Shown: piece after piece, positions 39,111 to 48,284 of the stretch
Numbering within the stretch: the first letter of the stretch is position 1
How the letters are laid out: each line of letters opens with the position of its first letter
DNA from: Minisyncoccota bacterium
GTDB lineage: Bacteria; Patescibacteriota; Minisyncoccia; Phycocordibacterales; UBA2100
Assembly: GCA_022842645.1 (NCBI GenBank)
Contig: JALHPE010000001.1
Span: forward strand, 199,711 to 263,710
Direction of reading: 5' to 3'
Length of the DNA: 64,000 bases
Translations under genes and position numbers: made by a program
Notes under the pieces: generated by a model
Seen by the model: the letters and a program-made list of their open reading frames with translations, nothing else
Told to the model about the DNA's origin: nothing
Database searches by the model: none

Positions 39111-39815
39111 TTACCCCAAGAGACCCCAGCCACTCGCCTCCCCCCGGTCTTTTGCACAGAGGAGTTGTATGTTCTTGCCGCTTTGCACAAAACGCAGACC
39201 ACTTTGCAGCTTACACGCAGCGCAGCGGCCTTTGGCTTTTTCCCATGCGGCCGCTTTGACAGAAGCGCTCAGGAATCGCTCTTCTTCAAGAACTAGGTCA
39301 CGATCGTTCCTCTCACTGTTTGCCGGCAAGAGCAAGAATTTGAATACTTTCCGCCCGCCTTCGGTTACGCCAACTGCATCCACGAGATCAAAGATGCCTT
39401 TGTCAAACCACACACCAGGATCGAGCTTTTCATACACCTGCACTTGCAACGGCTCGGCCCGAGTGCCGTCTTTGAATGCATGTGCAGCCTTATAAAACTT
39501 CCCGTTCTCGGTGAGTTTTTCGCCGCCATACATAAGAAGCTGATCGAGCGATTTCCCGCCCGTTTCTTTTGTGATCGAATCGTGTCCCTCAAAGGTGAGA
39601 CGGAGCTTCTTCGCATCCCACGCGTCCTTAAATTCCCCATCTTCTTTTGCCAAGACGAGAAAGACACTGAGCGCTTCGTCTTTGTCACGAAAGTTCATGC
39701 TCTTCTGAAGCATTAATCCTTCGCGCTCCATAAGTTCACTCGCGGAAAGAATTGAGGTGGGGCGCTTCGGCACATGCACCTCGCCGAGAAAATTGGACAT
39801 CGGAATATAGTACAC
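39111..39815 (-). CDS. Hypothetical protein with C-terminal Cys cluster (GRCAACK...LLCAKD)
   Basis: 234-aa ORF. The CxxC...C spacing is faintly HNH/zinc-ribbon-like but lacks the catalytic His. Confidence 0.35.
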   Translation of the reverse strand: MYYIPMSNFLGEVHVPKRPTSILSASELMEREGLMLQKSMNFRDKDEALSVFLVLAKEDGEFKDAWDAKKLRLTFEGHDSITKETGGKSLDQLLMYGGEKLTENGKFYKAAHAFKDGTRAEPLQVQVYEKLDPGVWFDKGIFDLVDAVGVTEGGRKVFKFLLLPANSERNDRDLVLEEERFLSASVKAAAWEKAKGRCAACKLQSGLRFVQSGKNIQLLCAKDRGEASGWGLLG

Positions 39816-39858
39816 GATTGCACCCGTCGAGAACGAGGTCTTCTAAATTCCCTCGAGG

Positions 39859-40161
39859 CTACCGCATGATGTCTTTCACCTGTGCCGGATCAAGACCCGC
39901 TTTTTCGTATGCACTGTCGGGGATGCGAGCGAGCGCATACGAGACAACAAGGAGTGTGAAAGTAACATCATCAATCTGTCCCACAAGCGGTACGAGATCG
40001 GGAAGAATGTCGAATGGGAAAATGACGTACCCAATGACAGCAAGGAGTAGTACTTTTGCAAGCATTGGCGTTTCAGCACTCAGCATGAGTCGGAGTGTAC
40101 GTAGCGGATGCCGGATGAACATACGCATCTTCCAGATGAGGGCAATGTGTTTTATCTGCAT
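39859..40161 (-). CDS. Small membrane protein (DUF1232/YkvA-like)
   Basis: 100 aa with two TM helices and conserved PFDILPDLVPLVGQIDD. Confidence 0.45.
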   Translation of the reverse strand: MQIKHIALIWKMRMFIRHPLRTLRLMLSAETPMLAKVLLLAVIGYVIFPFDILPDLVPLVGQIDDVTFTLLVVSYALARIPDSAYEKAGLDPAQVKDIMR

Positions 40162-40170
40162 AGGGTGGAA

Positions 40171-40599
40171 TTACAACACTTCGACGTACTTCTTGAAATT
40201 ATCCAAAATACCCTGCCACCCTTCTTTTTGCATTTCGATGGGGTTCTCACTCTCGGAATCAAAGATGGTTTTTATGTAGGTACTATTCCCCATTTCTTCA
40301 AACACGACTGTTGCGATGCGACCATCGTCCATGGTGTAAGCAATGCGCTGACGCGGCACTACTTCGTCGTACGTGCCAGCAAAATCGAATCCTTCTGAGC
40401 CGTCTTTCGACTCCATGCGCGTATTAAATTTTCCTCCCGCACGCAGATCATTCTCCGCACGCGGTGCATGCCAATCATCTGATGCAAACGCCCACTTGAT
40501 TATGTGCTCGGGCTTCGTGAACGCATCCCACACTTTCTCAATAGAGTCGTTGATTATAACTTCCACCGCGATTTTTTCTGCCATAGCGCGAGTATACAT
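40171..40599 (-). CDS. SRPBCC-fold protein, Activator-of-Hsp90-ATPase (AHSA1)-like
   Basis: IEKVWDAFTKPEHIIKWAF...FDFAGTYDEVVPRQRIAYTM pattern of the AHSA1/SRPBCC family. Confidence 0.5.
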   Translation of the reverse strand: MYTRAMAEKIAVEVIINDSIEKVWDAFTKPEHIIKWAFASDDWHAPRAENDLRAGGKFNTRMESKDGSEGFDFAGTYDEVVPRQRIAYTMDDGRIATVVFEEMGNSTYIKTIFDSESENPIEMQKEGWQGILDNFKKYVEVL

Positions 40600-40655
40600 C
40601 GCCTGTAATAAAAAGCCGCCAGTGTACTGGCGGCTTTATCTTTTGTGCACGAATC

Positions 40656-41882
40656 TTATGTTCGTGTTTTTTTTCTTTCCATGAGCTGCATGACCTCTGC
40701 CGATGTAGCACGTTTTGAGTTGCGAATACCGGTGAGTATCTTTATGAGGCCGTCAAAGACGGCTTGTGCGTCTTTGAGTTTCTGGATGAACACGTCGATA
40801 TCTTCCCGAGAAGAATTGTCGAACACGCGTCTGAATTCTCCCGGAGACCAATCGATGATTGATGATCCAACGACTTCACTCGCAAGATTCGCCAGTATGT
40901 CCTTGCGACGCGCTGGTTGATAACGCGTCGTTTTCCGGGGATACAAACGCCCAGCACTGAATCGCAGCGTGCGATCGTGTATAAACTCGGCAGCGCGCAC
41001 CGAATTGAGTTTGCGCGTCACGATCACGTGTGCCAAGAGTTTTTGCATCGCAAATCTGCGAGCATCCTCATCAAGCTTCTCGAATGAATCGTGCCCGGTG
41101 ACCTGTGTCGCATTCACCGTGTCGGCAAAATTGACCGCAAGATCCTCAAGCTCCTGCGCTGTGGGCGCTTTCAATCCGCCAAGAATCCCGGCCGGATACA
41201 TCGGAAGCAACCGCTTCTTACCGTGGGAATCCAATGCGAGAAGCTGGTGCAGATCGGGATGAAGCTTCGTGAGATTAATACGGTTATGCGCCGTCTGCTG
41301 ATTAATACCATGCGCATCAGCAATTTGCGCTATAGTTTTACCAGCTTTTTTCTCCCGAAGATAGTCGAATCCTTGTTCAAGCTCCGTGAGATCATCACGA
41401 CACGAATTCAGGACTCCACCGTCAGTACGGTGCATAGGCTCGTTTTGGTAGATACGAATGCGCACCGGAACGGCGCGTAATTCCGCTTTCAGCGCCGCCT
41501 CGACCCTTCGGTGGCCACTCACGATAACGTGTGAAAGATGCTCATGCCGTGGCTCGACGCGAGCCCACGGAGCGTGCGCACGTGGAGTGATGGTGATTAC
41601 TTCTCTCACTCCGCAGGTCGCGATGCTTTTTTCAAGCTCAGCGAGCTTCGTCGGATTCATTCGCTTGCGTGGCTGGTCAGGATCAGGCGCGAGTAACCGC
41701 GGATCCATGTAGCCAGTAGTATCGTTGTGCGCCCACCATGGCTCGGGTGTTTCAGAAGTGAGCACCTGAGTACCATCAGGAAGCGTGACGTGTTTCTGCG
41801 TTTTGGTAAGCATGTCCGTCTCCTTGGGTAAGAGTGGATGCATGGCCTGTCGAAGAACAGACTGCCCGCAGGATACCTGCAA
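40656..41882 (-). CDS. ParB/Sulfiredoxin-fold N-terminal domain protein with HTH
   Basis: LSHVIVSGHRRVEAALKAELRAVPV (ParB GxRR box) followed by HTH KTIAQIADAHGINQQTAHNRI. Confidence 0.5.
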   Translation of the reverse strand: MQVSCGQSVLRQAMHPLLPKETDMLTKTQKHVTLPDGTQVLTSETPEPWWAHNDTTGYMDPRLLAPDPDQPRKRMNPTKLAELEKSIATCGVREVITITPRAHAPWARVEPRHEHLSHVIVSGHRRVEAALKAELRAVPVRIRIYQNEPMHRTDGGVLNSCRDDLTELEQGFDYLREKKAGKTIAQIADAHGINQQTAHNRINLTKLHPDLHQLLALDSHGKKRLLPMYPAGILGGLKAPTAQELEDLAVNFADTVNATQVTGHDSFEKLDEDARRFAMQKLLAHVIVTRKLNSVRAAEFIHDRTLRFSAGRLYPRKTTRYQPARRKDILANLASEVVGSSIIDWSPGEFRRVFDNSSREDIDVFIQKLKDAQAVFDGLIKILTGIRNSKRATSAEVMQLMERKKTRT

Positions 41883-41967
41883 GGTGTAGAAAAACCACTT
41901 GTGCGTGAGCTACATCCATTGAATGATCTCGAGACTTTCATCTTCGTATATTGCTATACTGGACTCG

Positions 41968-42447
41968 ATGGCAGACAAAAACTACGTTGACTGGCTACGT
42001 AAAAAAGTTGGTACGGAACCAGTGATACTCAACGCCGCAAATGCAATCATAGCGGACGAAAAAGGCGATGTGCTTTTTATGCGCCGCGGCGATTTTGCAG
42101 CAAGCCCCGTGTGGGGACTCCCTGGGGGCATGCTCGAACTCGAAGAATCTGCAGAAACCGCCGTGCGCCGTGAAGTGTTGGAAGAAACAGGGCTTGAAGT
42201 AATGGCAACAGAATTCCTTGGCACCTACACCAACAACCCAATTGTTTCGTACCCAAACGGCGACCAGTGCAAAATTATATTGTTTGTATTTGTCTGCACC
42301 GTCGCATCAGGCACCTTGCAGGCAGATGGGAAAGAATCGCTCGAGCTTGGCTTCTATAATCCTAAGACTCCCCCACCTCTGTTTCGCCCATACATTCAAA
42401 ATATTCTTGACGATTTTGTGGCAGGCAAACGCGGATTGCTACGATAA
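41968..42447 (+). CDS. NUDIX hydrolase
   Basis: GLPGGMLELEESAETAVRREVLEETGLEV Nudix box. Start at MADKNYV. Confidence 0.7.
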   Translation: MADKNYVDWLRKKVGTEPVILNAANAIIADEKGDVLFMRRGDFAASPVWGLPGGMLELEESAETAVRREVLEETGLEVMATEFLGTYTNNPIVSYPNGDQCKIILFVFVCTVASGTLQADGKESLELGFYNPKTPPPLFRPYIQNILDDFVAGKRGLLR

Positions 42448-42690
42448 ACGCCTCTGGCTCAGATGCCAGAGGCGCGCTATTTACCTCACAGACAGTGCGG
42501 CAATTCTCTGCACTCCACGTAATCGAAGAAAAGTTTCATACGCACCTAGCGCAATGAAGCGTTCCCACGATTCTCCCGCCGCAACACAAAATCGTATTTC
42601 CGTATTATGAAGCATAAAACCACGAGGAGGCGTATAGAAAAAGGTCGGCATTTTGATGCCGACCTTTCTTCTTGTATGCAAGCTATGTAC

Positions 42691-43047
42691 TCAGCCGCAG
42701 TTACCAGCAGCGGCAACTGCTTGCGCTTTCGCGGCTCCTTCACACGCTCCAATGCAGGCCGGGTTTGCCGGTCCAGTTGTCAAAACGCACGCGACACACG
42801 CATAAGTTGCGCCCGTTGCAATGGCCTTGATGTTTGCACATTGCTGACAGACTGCCTTCCTGGCTTCACAGACCGGATCTTTTCCTTCCTGTATGCAACC
42901 ACCGTCCCCGAGGGGAGGGCTGGGACGATGCAGTAGGCATCGATGACATTCCTCATCTGGATTGCAGGCGGCACTCGCTGGAGTGGACATCATGAATGCA
43001 CTACATAATCCGAGCACGACAACCATGCCGAGCAGAACTTTCTTCAT
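42691..43047 (-). CDS. Small secreted cysteine-rich protein (12 Cys in about 95 mature residues)
   Basis: Signal peptide MKKVLLGMVVVLGLCSAFMMSTPASA. Mature part has regularly spaced Cys. Confidence 0.45.
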   Translation of the reverse strand: MKKVLLGMVVVLGLCSAFMMSTPASAACNPDEECHRCLLHRPSPPLGDGGCIQEGKDPVCEARKAVCQQCANIKAIATGATYACVACVLTTGPANPACIGACEGAAKAQAVAAAGNCG

Positions 43048-43161
43048 CAGATATACTCCTCTTTCAAGAATCGACCCCGCTCTTTGTGCATTCACACGCC
43101 ACGAGGTCGGCGGAACAGTACCATCCCTTTCGAGAGTTGCCTAGGCACTGTTCGACATTAC

Positions 43162-43455
43162 TTACATCCATCGCATATCTTTTTCCTTTGAAACCTTCAC
43201 ACGATACTTTGCGATTTTGAGAATGAGCGCTGTCGGGAGTGGCGTATCAAAGGAAAATTTAATAACGGACTTGCTCGTTGCATACCCTTTTAACTCTTTA
43301 GTAAAAACTTTCACTACCGGCGGCGTTGGCATGAGGGAGACATGTGTTTTGAACGCATCGTAGGCAAAGAGGACATATTTATGCGCGAGCGTGGGTACTC
43401 CCCACTTGATCGCCTCCGTCGCGCCCAGCGCGGCTTTCTTGAGAATCGCGCGCAT
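43162..43455 (-). CDS. DUF1801 (YdhG/YdeI-like) domain protein
   Basis: 97 aa. EAIKWGVPTL...KTHVSLMP...KGYATSKSVIKFSFD pattern typical of DUF1801. Confidence 0.4.
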   Translation of the reverse strand: MRAILKKAALGATEAIKWGVPTLAHKYVLFAYDAFKTHVSLMPTPPVVKVFTKELKGYATSKSVIKFSFDTPLPTALILKIAKYRVKVSKEKDMRWM

Positions 43456-43524
43456 CTCACGAGGCTTCCTCTGTCCTTCGACGCCTGAGCGATATATTCA
43501 GCGACGGTTTCTGGTTCTGCCATA

Positions 43525-44058
43525 TTAGTAGTGTTCTGGGTTCTCCAGATGCATAAGCGCCATCCCGATGGCGGTTTTGTTGAACGCTGTGCGGTTAGTG
43601 CGACCTTTTGTCATGATCCCAACAAGGCCTTCGTGTTCGCCAAGTTTGTCGTGCCCCGTGAGTCCGTGCTTTTTCATTGCCTGACTACCGTCGAGACCCT
43701 CATGCAAGATGGAATGAATTACCTTCTTCGGCCACTCGCATCCTTGCGACATGCCAAGGTGTATTTGTTCGCCATCGTAAATAGCACAGATCGCAACCTC
43801 CATGTAGCCGGTTTTTGTGTGAGGAATCGCAATGAGTCCACCCTCGATGCCAAAACCATACTCGCGCCCTATTTGTGCCTGTTTCGCTCGATTGATTGCG
43901 CCAGCAACTGTTTCGTCGATACTCTTTGGGTGTCCAAATTCTTCAACCTGCACGGCGACACTCTCAACTTCTGCATCTTCAAACATCGGGTAGTCTTTTA
44001 GAAGCTCGGCAACAGCATTTACTTTTGTTTTATTCTTCGAACCGATGCCAACGTTCAT
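43525..44058 (-). CDS. Non-canonical purine NTP phosphatase, YjjX/DUF84 family
   Basis: VGIGSKNKTKVNAVAEL...SVAVQVEEFGHPKSIDETVAGAINRAKQA...GFGIEGGL matches the inosine/xanthosine triphosphatase family layout. Confidence 0.5.
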   Translation of the reverse strand: MNVGIGSKNKTKVNAVAELLKDYPMFEDAEVESVAVQVEEFGHPKSIDETVAGAINRAKQAQIGREYGFGIEGGLIAIPHTKTGYMEVAICAIYDGEQIHLGMSQGCEWPKKVIHSILHEGLDGSQAMKKHGLTGHDKLGEHEGLVGIMTKGRTNRTAFNKTAIGMALMHLENPEHY

Positions 44059-44078
44059 GACCAGATTATAGCGGAAAC

Positions 44079-44870
44079 CTACTTCAAGTGCTTTGCAAGA
44101 AACGCGAGTGATTTTGTCCACGCGTCGGCTGTTTCTGCGGGGGCATGGTTCGGATTTGAAGGATTCGCGAAGGCGTGGCCGACACCCGGATACATATAAA
44201 TCTCGTTTTCAATGCCAAGTGTATTGAGTGATGTCTCAAACGTTTTTACCATCTCGACAGGGATTATCTGGTCAGCATCGCCGAATACTCCCATAACTGG
44301 CCACGTAATTGGCCCGAGCTGCTCTGTCGTTGTTGCCATACCGCCGCCATAGTAGACAATCGTCGCATCAAGTGGCTCTCCTGAAATCGCAAGATTCACG
44401 GATTGGCGGCCGCCAAAGCACCAGCCCCATGAAGCGACTTTTGTCGCGCCATGGTCGCGGAGGTACTGCACTGCCGCACGCATGTTTGCTGTGCCTGTAG
44501 CTTGATTAAACTGCGCTGTCTTTGCGCGCGCCTCTTCCTGAGTCTCCAGCACATCGCCATTAAAGAGATCGACAGCGAGTACCATATAGCCCTCCCTTGC
44601 AAGGTCCTCTGCTGCTTTTTTGATCTCTGGTCGCAGGCCACGATTTTCATGGATCAAGACAACCCCCGGATATCCGCCAGCTGGCGGACCCGCCTCTGGG
44701 CGAGCAAGGTAGCCAGTCGCGCCTTCAAAATATGACATATCTTGGGTGATAATTTCTATCGCTTGTTGATGTGGTTCTTGCATAGTCAGCTGTGCGGACT
44801 CTGAATAAAGCCAATATCCTCCCCCGAGAAGTATTACCAGAATAACGATGAAGCCTGGGAGGTAGTTCAT
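44079..44870 (-). CDS. Dienelactone hydrolase family protein (N-terminal TM/signal anchor)
   Basis: GYPGVVLIHENRGL...WGWCFGGRQSV...GVGHAF catalytic triad context. Confidence 0.65.
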   Translation of the reverse strand: MNYLPGFIVILVILLGGGYWLYSESAQLTMQEPHQQAIEIITQDMSYFEGATGYLARPEAGPPAGGYPGVVLIHENRGLRPEIKKAAEDLAREGYMVLAVDLFNGDVLETQEEARAKTAQFNQATGTANMRAAVQYLRDHGATKVASWGWCFGGRQSVNLAISGEPLDATIVYYGGGMATTTEQLGPITWPVMGVFGDADQIIPVEMVKTFETSLNTLGIENEIYMYPGVGHAFANPSNPNHAPAETADAWTKSLAFLAKHLK

Positions 44871-44972
44871 GCATCTAGTATGTCACAGAATTAGGGAGAT
44901 TGTAGGAACTTGCTCGCACGAAAAAATCCGCCACATGGACGGATTTTTTCGTGCTGAATCTCAGGAGTGAGA

Positions 44973-46172
44973 TTATGCTGTGATCTTTGTCACAACACCT
45001 GCGCCAACCGTTTTACCACCCTCGCGGATAGCAAAACGCTGCTGCTCTTCCATAGCGATTGGACCCACGAGTTTGACCTTGAAGGTAACTGTGTCGCCTG
45101 GCATAACCATCTCCACGCCCTCCTTGAGCGTCACTTCGCCCGTTACGTCCGTTGTGCGGATGTAGAACTGTGGCTTGTAACCCGTGAAGAACGGTGTGTG
45201 ACGGCCGCCTTCCTCCTTGGTGAGGATGTAGACTTCTGCGTCAAAATCAGTGTGCGGCTTAACCGTACCTGACTTCGCGAGAACCTGTCCGCGATGCACG
45301 TCTTCCTTCTTAAGGCCGCGCAGAAGAATACCTGCATTGTCGCCCGCCTGACCCTGCTGGAGGGACTTGTTGAACATTTCAACGCCGGTGACTGTTGTCT
45401 TTGCAGTGTCCTTAATACCGATGATTTCCACTTCTTCACCAACCTTCACAATACCGCGATCGATACGACCCGTAACGACGGTACCGCGACCTTCGATTGA
45501 GAAGACGTCTTCAATTGCCATGAGGAATGGCTTATCGAGCTCACGCACTGGCTCTGGAATGTATTCATCAAGTGCCTTGATGAGCTCCATCACCTTGCCG
45601 GACCATTCGTTTCCTGCCTCAGGCGCTTCAAGCGCCTTAAGACCCGAACCACGGATGATTGGTGCATTCTTTCCGTCGAAGCCCTGCTTATCAAGAAGAT
45701 CGCGCACTTCCTCCTCGACGAGATCAACGAGCTCTTTGTCGTCAACCATGTCTACCTTGTTGAGGAAGACTACAATCTTTGGCACACCCACCTGCTTTGC
45801 AAGAAGGATGTGCTCACGCGTCTGAGGCATAACGCCGTCAGTTGCTGCAACCACGAGAATAGCGCCGTCCATCTGAGCGGCACCTGTGATCATGTTCTTA
45901 ATGTAGTCGGCGTGACCTGGGGCGTCCACGTGTGCGTAGTGACGGCTTGGTGTCTCGTACTCAGAGTGCGAGAGACTAATCGTAATACCGCGCGCCTTTT
46001 CTTCTGGCGCCTTGTCGATGTCGTCCACTCCCTTGACTGACGCGCCGTAGCCGCCGCCCGCCTTCGAGAGGACGTTCAGAATCGCCGCAGTAAGCGTTGT
46101 CTTACCGTGGTCGACGTGACCAATTGTGCCGACATTTACGTGCGGCTTCGTTCGTTGAAATTCTCCTGCCAT
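44973..46172 (-). CDS. tuf: Elongation factor Tu
   Basis: 399 aa. [23 protein letters not shown]-motifs. Confidence 0.95.
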   Translation of the reverse strand: MAGEFQRTKPHVNVGTIGHVDHGKTTLTAAILNVLSKAGGGYGASVKGVDDIDKAPEEKARGITISLSHSEYETPSRHYAHVDAPGHADYIKNMITGAAQMDGAILVVAATDGVMPQTREHILLAKQVGVPKIVVFLNKVDMVDDKELVDLVEEEVRDLLDKQGFDGKNAPIIRGSGLKALEAPEAGNEWSGKVMELIKALDEYIPEPVRELDKPFLMAIEDVFSIEGRGTVVTGRIDRGIVKVGEEVEIIGIKDTAKTTVTGVEMFNKSLQQGQAGDNAGILLRGLKKEDVHRGQVLAKSGTVKPHTDFDAEVYILTKEEGGRHTPFFTGYKPQFYIRTTDVTGEVTLKEGVEMVMPGDTVTFKVKLVGPIAMEEQQRFAIREGGKTVGAGVVTKITA

Positions 46173-46383
46173 AAAATTAAATATGACTAATGAATAATGC
46201 GGCTTGCGCCGAGACTGTCGCCAACGCGTTGGGTGCTCCGGTACTTTCTTGCCCTACCCCCTTTGCTTTTGACGCCAGCGGATTGCTAATCCGCACAAAG
46301 GAATTTGAGCAAAGAAATACGCACAGAGCGTGCGTGAACGCATAGTATCAAAATACCCCCTCGGCGCAAGTTGAGAAGCTACG

Positions 46384-46450
46384 CGGCCTGGTGGGAAACG
46401 ACCTCCACATTGTGACCATCCGGATCGATGAGGAGGGCTGCGTCAGAACC
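46384..46450 (-). pseudogene. Duplicated 3' fragment of the VOC/glyoxalase gene (encodes ...LIDPDGHNVEVVSHQAA*)
   Basis: About 45 bp near-identical to the 3' end of the VOC gene at 47845-47900 (ctggtgggaaacgacctccacattgtgacc[a/g]tccggatcgat). Lies immediately beyond the stop of the FG-GAP gene. Confidence 0.45.
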
Positions 46451-46452
46451 CT

Positions 46453-47784
46453 TTACCACACAGAGGTATTAATAAGCACAGACATGACAGCGGCAAGGAG
46501 ATTGGCTACTACGATGTCATTTTTTCCATCGTTATTTACGTCACCGATAGATACATCCATTGGCCCACCAGCAACAGAAAAATTACGTGGCGAGTTGAAC
46601 ATCGCAGCCCCTGTCGTACTGGCGACCAGTACAGAGATAGAATTTCCGCTGAAGTTAGAAACGACAACATCAGGTATACCGTCACCGCTCACATCTCCTG
46701 CTTTCACGCGCCATGGACCAGCTCCGACTGCAAAATTCACACTCGTAGCAAAGGTTCCGTTTCCGTTGTTTCTCAGGAATGAAATGGAGTTTGAGCTATT
46801 GTTCGCAACAACGATATCAGGGCTACCGTTTGAATCGAAATCAGCGGCCGCAACCCCCATAGGATAGCTTCCCACTGAATAAGCAGTGCGTGCATTAAAT
46901 GTGCCTGGCGCGGCCACACCCCTATTAAGAAGTATTGACACTGTCGAATGTCGATATCCATCGGCCCCGACGAGATCGAGGTATCCATCAGCATTGAAAT
47001 CTGCAACTGCCACATCCATCGTAGCAGCACTTGTAGGGTAACTGACTGCAGGTGCAAAAGTACCCGGTGCTACTGCGGCGCGATTTATAAGAATGGTAAA
47101 GGGACCATTGACGTTGGCTATATCCAAGTGACCATCGGCATTGAGATCGCCAAGAGCGACCGCATTGCTTGCGCTCGCATAATTTACTCTGGTGTTAAAC
47201 GTTCCGTTCCCGATACCAGTAAGCACAGACACACTACCTGACGTCCAATTCGAAGTTACCATATCTTGTCGACCATCATTATTGATGTCACCAATCGCTA
47301 CATCCCGCGAACCAGTGCCGATGGAATAATTGACCCGCGGATGAAGGGTTCCCGGCGCACTTGCCCCCCTATTGAGGAATACTGAGATTGTTGTCGCAGA
47401 GCCTCCTGCGCCGAAATTAGGTACGGCGACATCTAGATATCCGTCACCATTAAAGTCCCCCAATTCTACTCCTTGCGAAGATATCCCCGGTGCATACGTG
47501 ACCGGTGACGCAAACGTAACATTATTCGTCCCGCACGCATTTGCCACAACACCACTCGGTGGATTTGTATAAAACGACGCCCACTCAGCAGATGAGACCG
47601 TGGGAACGTACACACTGAGCCCCGTCGTGCTGTTGTTCGTGACCCGACGACAGGTTGAGTGCGCGGTGATCGATTGGTTAGCACCGTGAGTTACTGTGGA
47701 ACTATCTGAAGCTTCGAGAAAAGCGGAAAAGCTAAAGACAATCGCGAGTGAAAGAATTATGCCCGTGAGATGGTCGCGTTGCAT
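46453..47784 (-). CDS. Secreted FG-GAP/VCBS-repeat beta-propeller protein with conserved N-terminal SDSSTV module
   Basis: Seven Dx[DN]xDGxxD repeats (DFNGDGYLDV, DINNDGRQDM, DLNADGHLDI ...). Signal peptide with cleavage at ...LEA|SDSS. Confidence 0.7.
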   Translation of the reverse strand: MQRDHLTGIILSLAIVFSFSAFLEASDSSTVTHGANQSITAHSTCRRVTNNSTTGLSVYVPTVSSAEWASFYTNPPSGVVANACGTNNVTFASPVTYAPGISSQGVELGDFNGDGYLDVAVPNFGAGGSATTISVFLNRGASAPGTLHPRVNYSIGTGSRDVAIGDINNDGRQDMVTSNWTSGSVSVLTGIGNGTFNTRVNYASASNAVALGDLNADGHLDIANVNGPFTILINRAAVAPGTFAPAVSYPTSAATMDVAVADFNADGYLDLVGADGYRHSTVSILLNRGVAAPGTFNARTAYSVGSYPMGVAAADFDSNGSPDIVVANNSSNSISFLRNNGNGTFATSVNFAVGAGPWRVKAGDVSGDGIPDVVVSNFSGNSISVLVASTTGAAMFNSPRNFSVAGGPMDVSIGDVNNDGKNDIVVANLLAAVMSVLINTSVW

Positions 47785-47836
47785 TTATCAATCATTGCAT
47801 GCGCACTGACGTCGAACTTCCCTTCATGTGAACAAC

Positions 47837-48205
47837 TTACTCTGCCTGGTGGGAAACGACCTCCACATTGTGACCGTCCGGATCGATAACGAAGGCGGCA
47901 TAGTAGTTGGGGTGATATTGCTCGCGGATTCCCGGTGCGCCGTTGTCCTTTCCGCCCGCCGCAAGAGCCGCTGTATAAAAAGCATCGACGGCTGCGCGAT
48001 TGGGTGCGGTGAATGCGAGATGGACGGGGGTGGCTACCGTGCCGATCTCACCTATCCAAAGTTCCCCCTTCCCATTTTTTCCTAAGAAACCCCAGCCTTC
48101 GCCTGAACCTATCCATGCATACCCGAGTGGCGCTAAAGCTTGTTCATAAAATGAGCGTGAGGCCGCGAAGCTCTTCACGCCGAAACCGATGTGATCAAGT
48201 GACAT
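47837..48205 (-). CDS. VOC (glyoxalase/bleomycin-resistance) family protein
   Basis: MSLDHIGFGVKSFAASRSFYE...HLAFTAPNRAAVDAFY...AFVIDPDGHNVEVVSH. Confidence 0.65.
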   Translation of the reverse strand: MSLDHIGFGVKSFAASRSFYEQALAPLGYAWIGSGEGWGFLGKNGKGELWIGEIGTVATPVHLAFTAPNRAAVDAFYTAALAAGGKDNGAPGIREQYHPNYYAAFVIDPDGHNVEVVSHQAE

Positions 48206-48284
48206 ATGAAGAGTGTAGCATTTCGTAATCAATCCTACGTTACAACAACTTACCCCGCGCTCCTGCACCTCCTTTACACAGTGA

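Noticed and set aside
46173-46390. tRNA gene(s) upstream of tuf
   Set aside because: A GCGGA-TTGCTAA-TCCGC stem-loop looks like an anticodon arm, but no acceptor/D/T arms could be assembled on either strand. Treated as leader or promoter structure.
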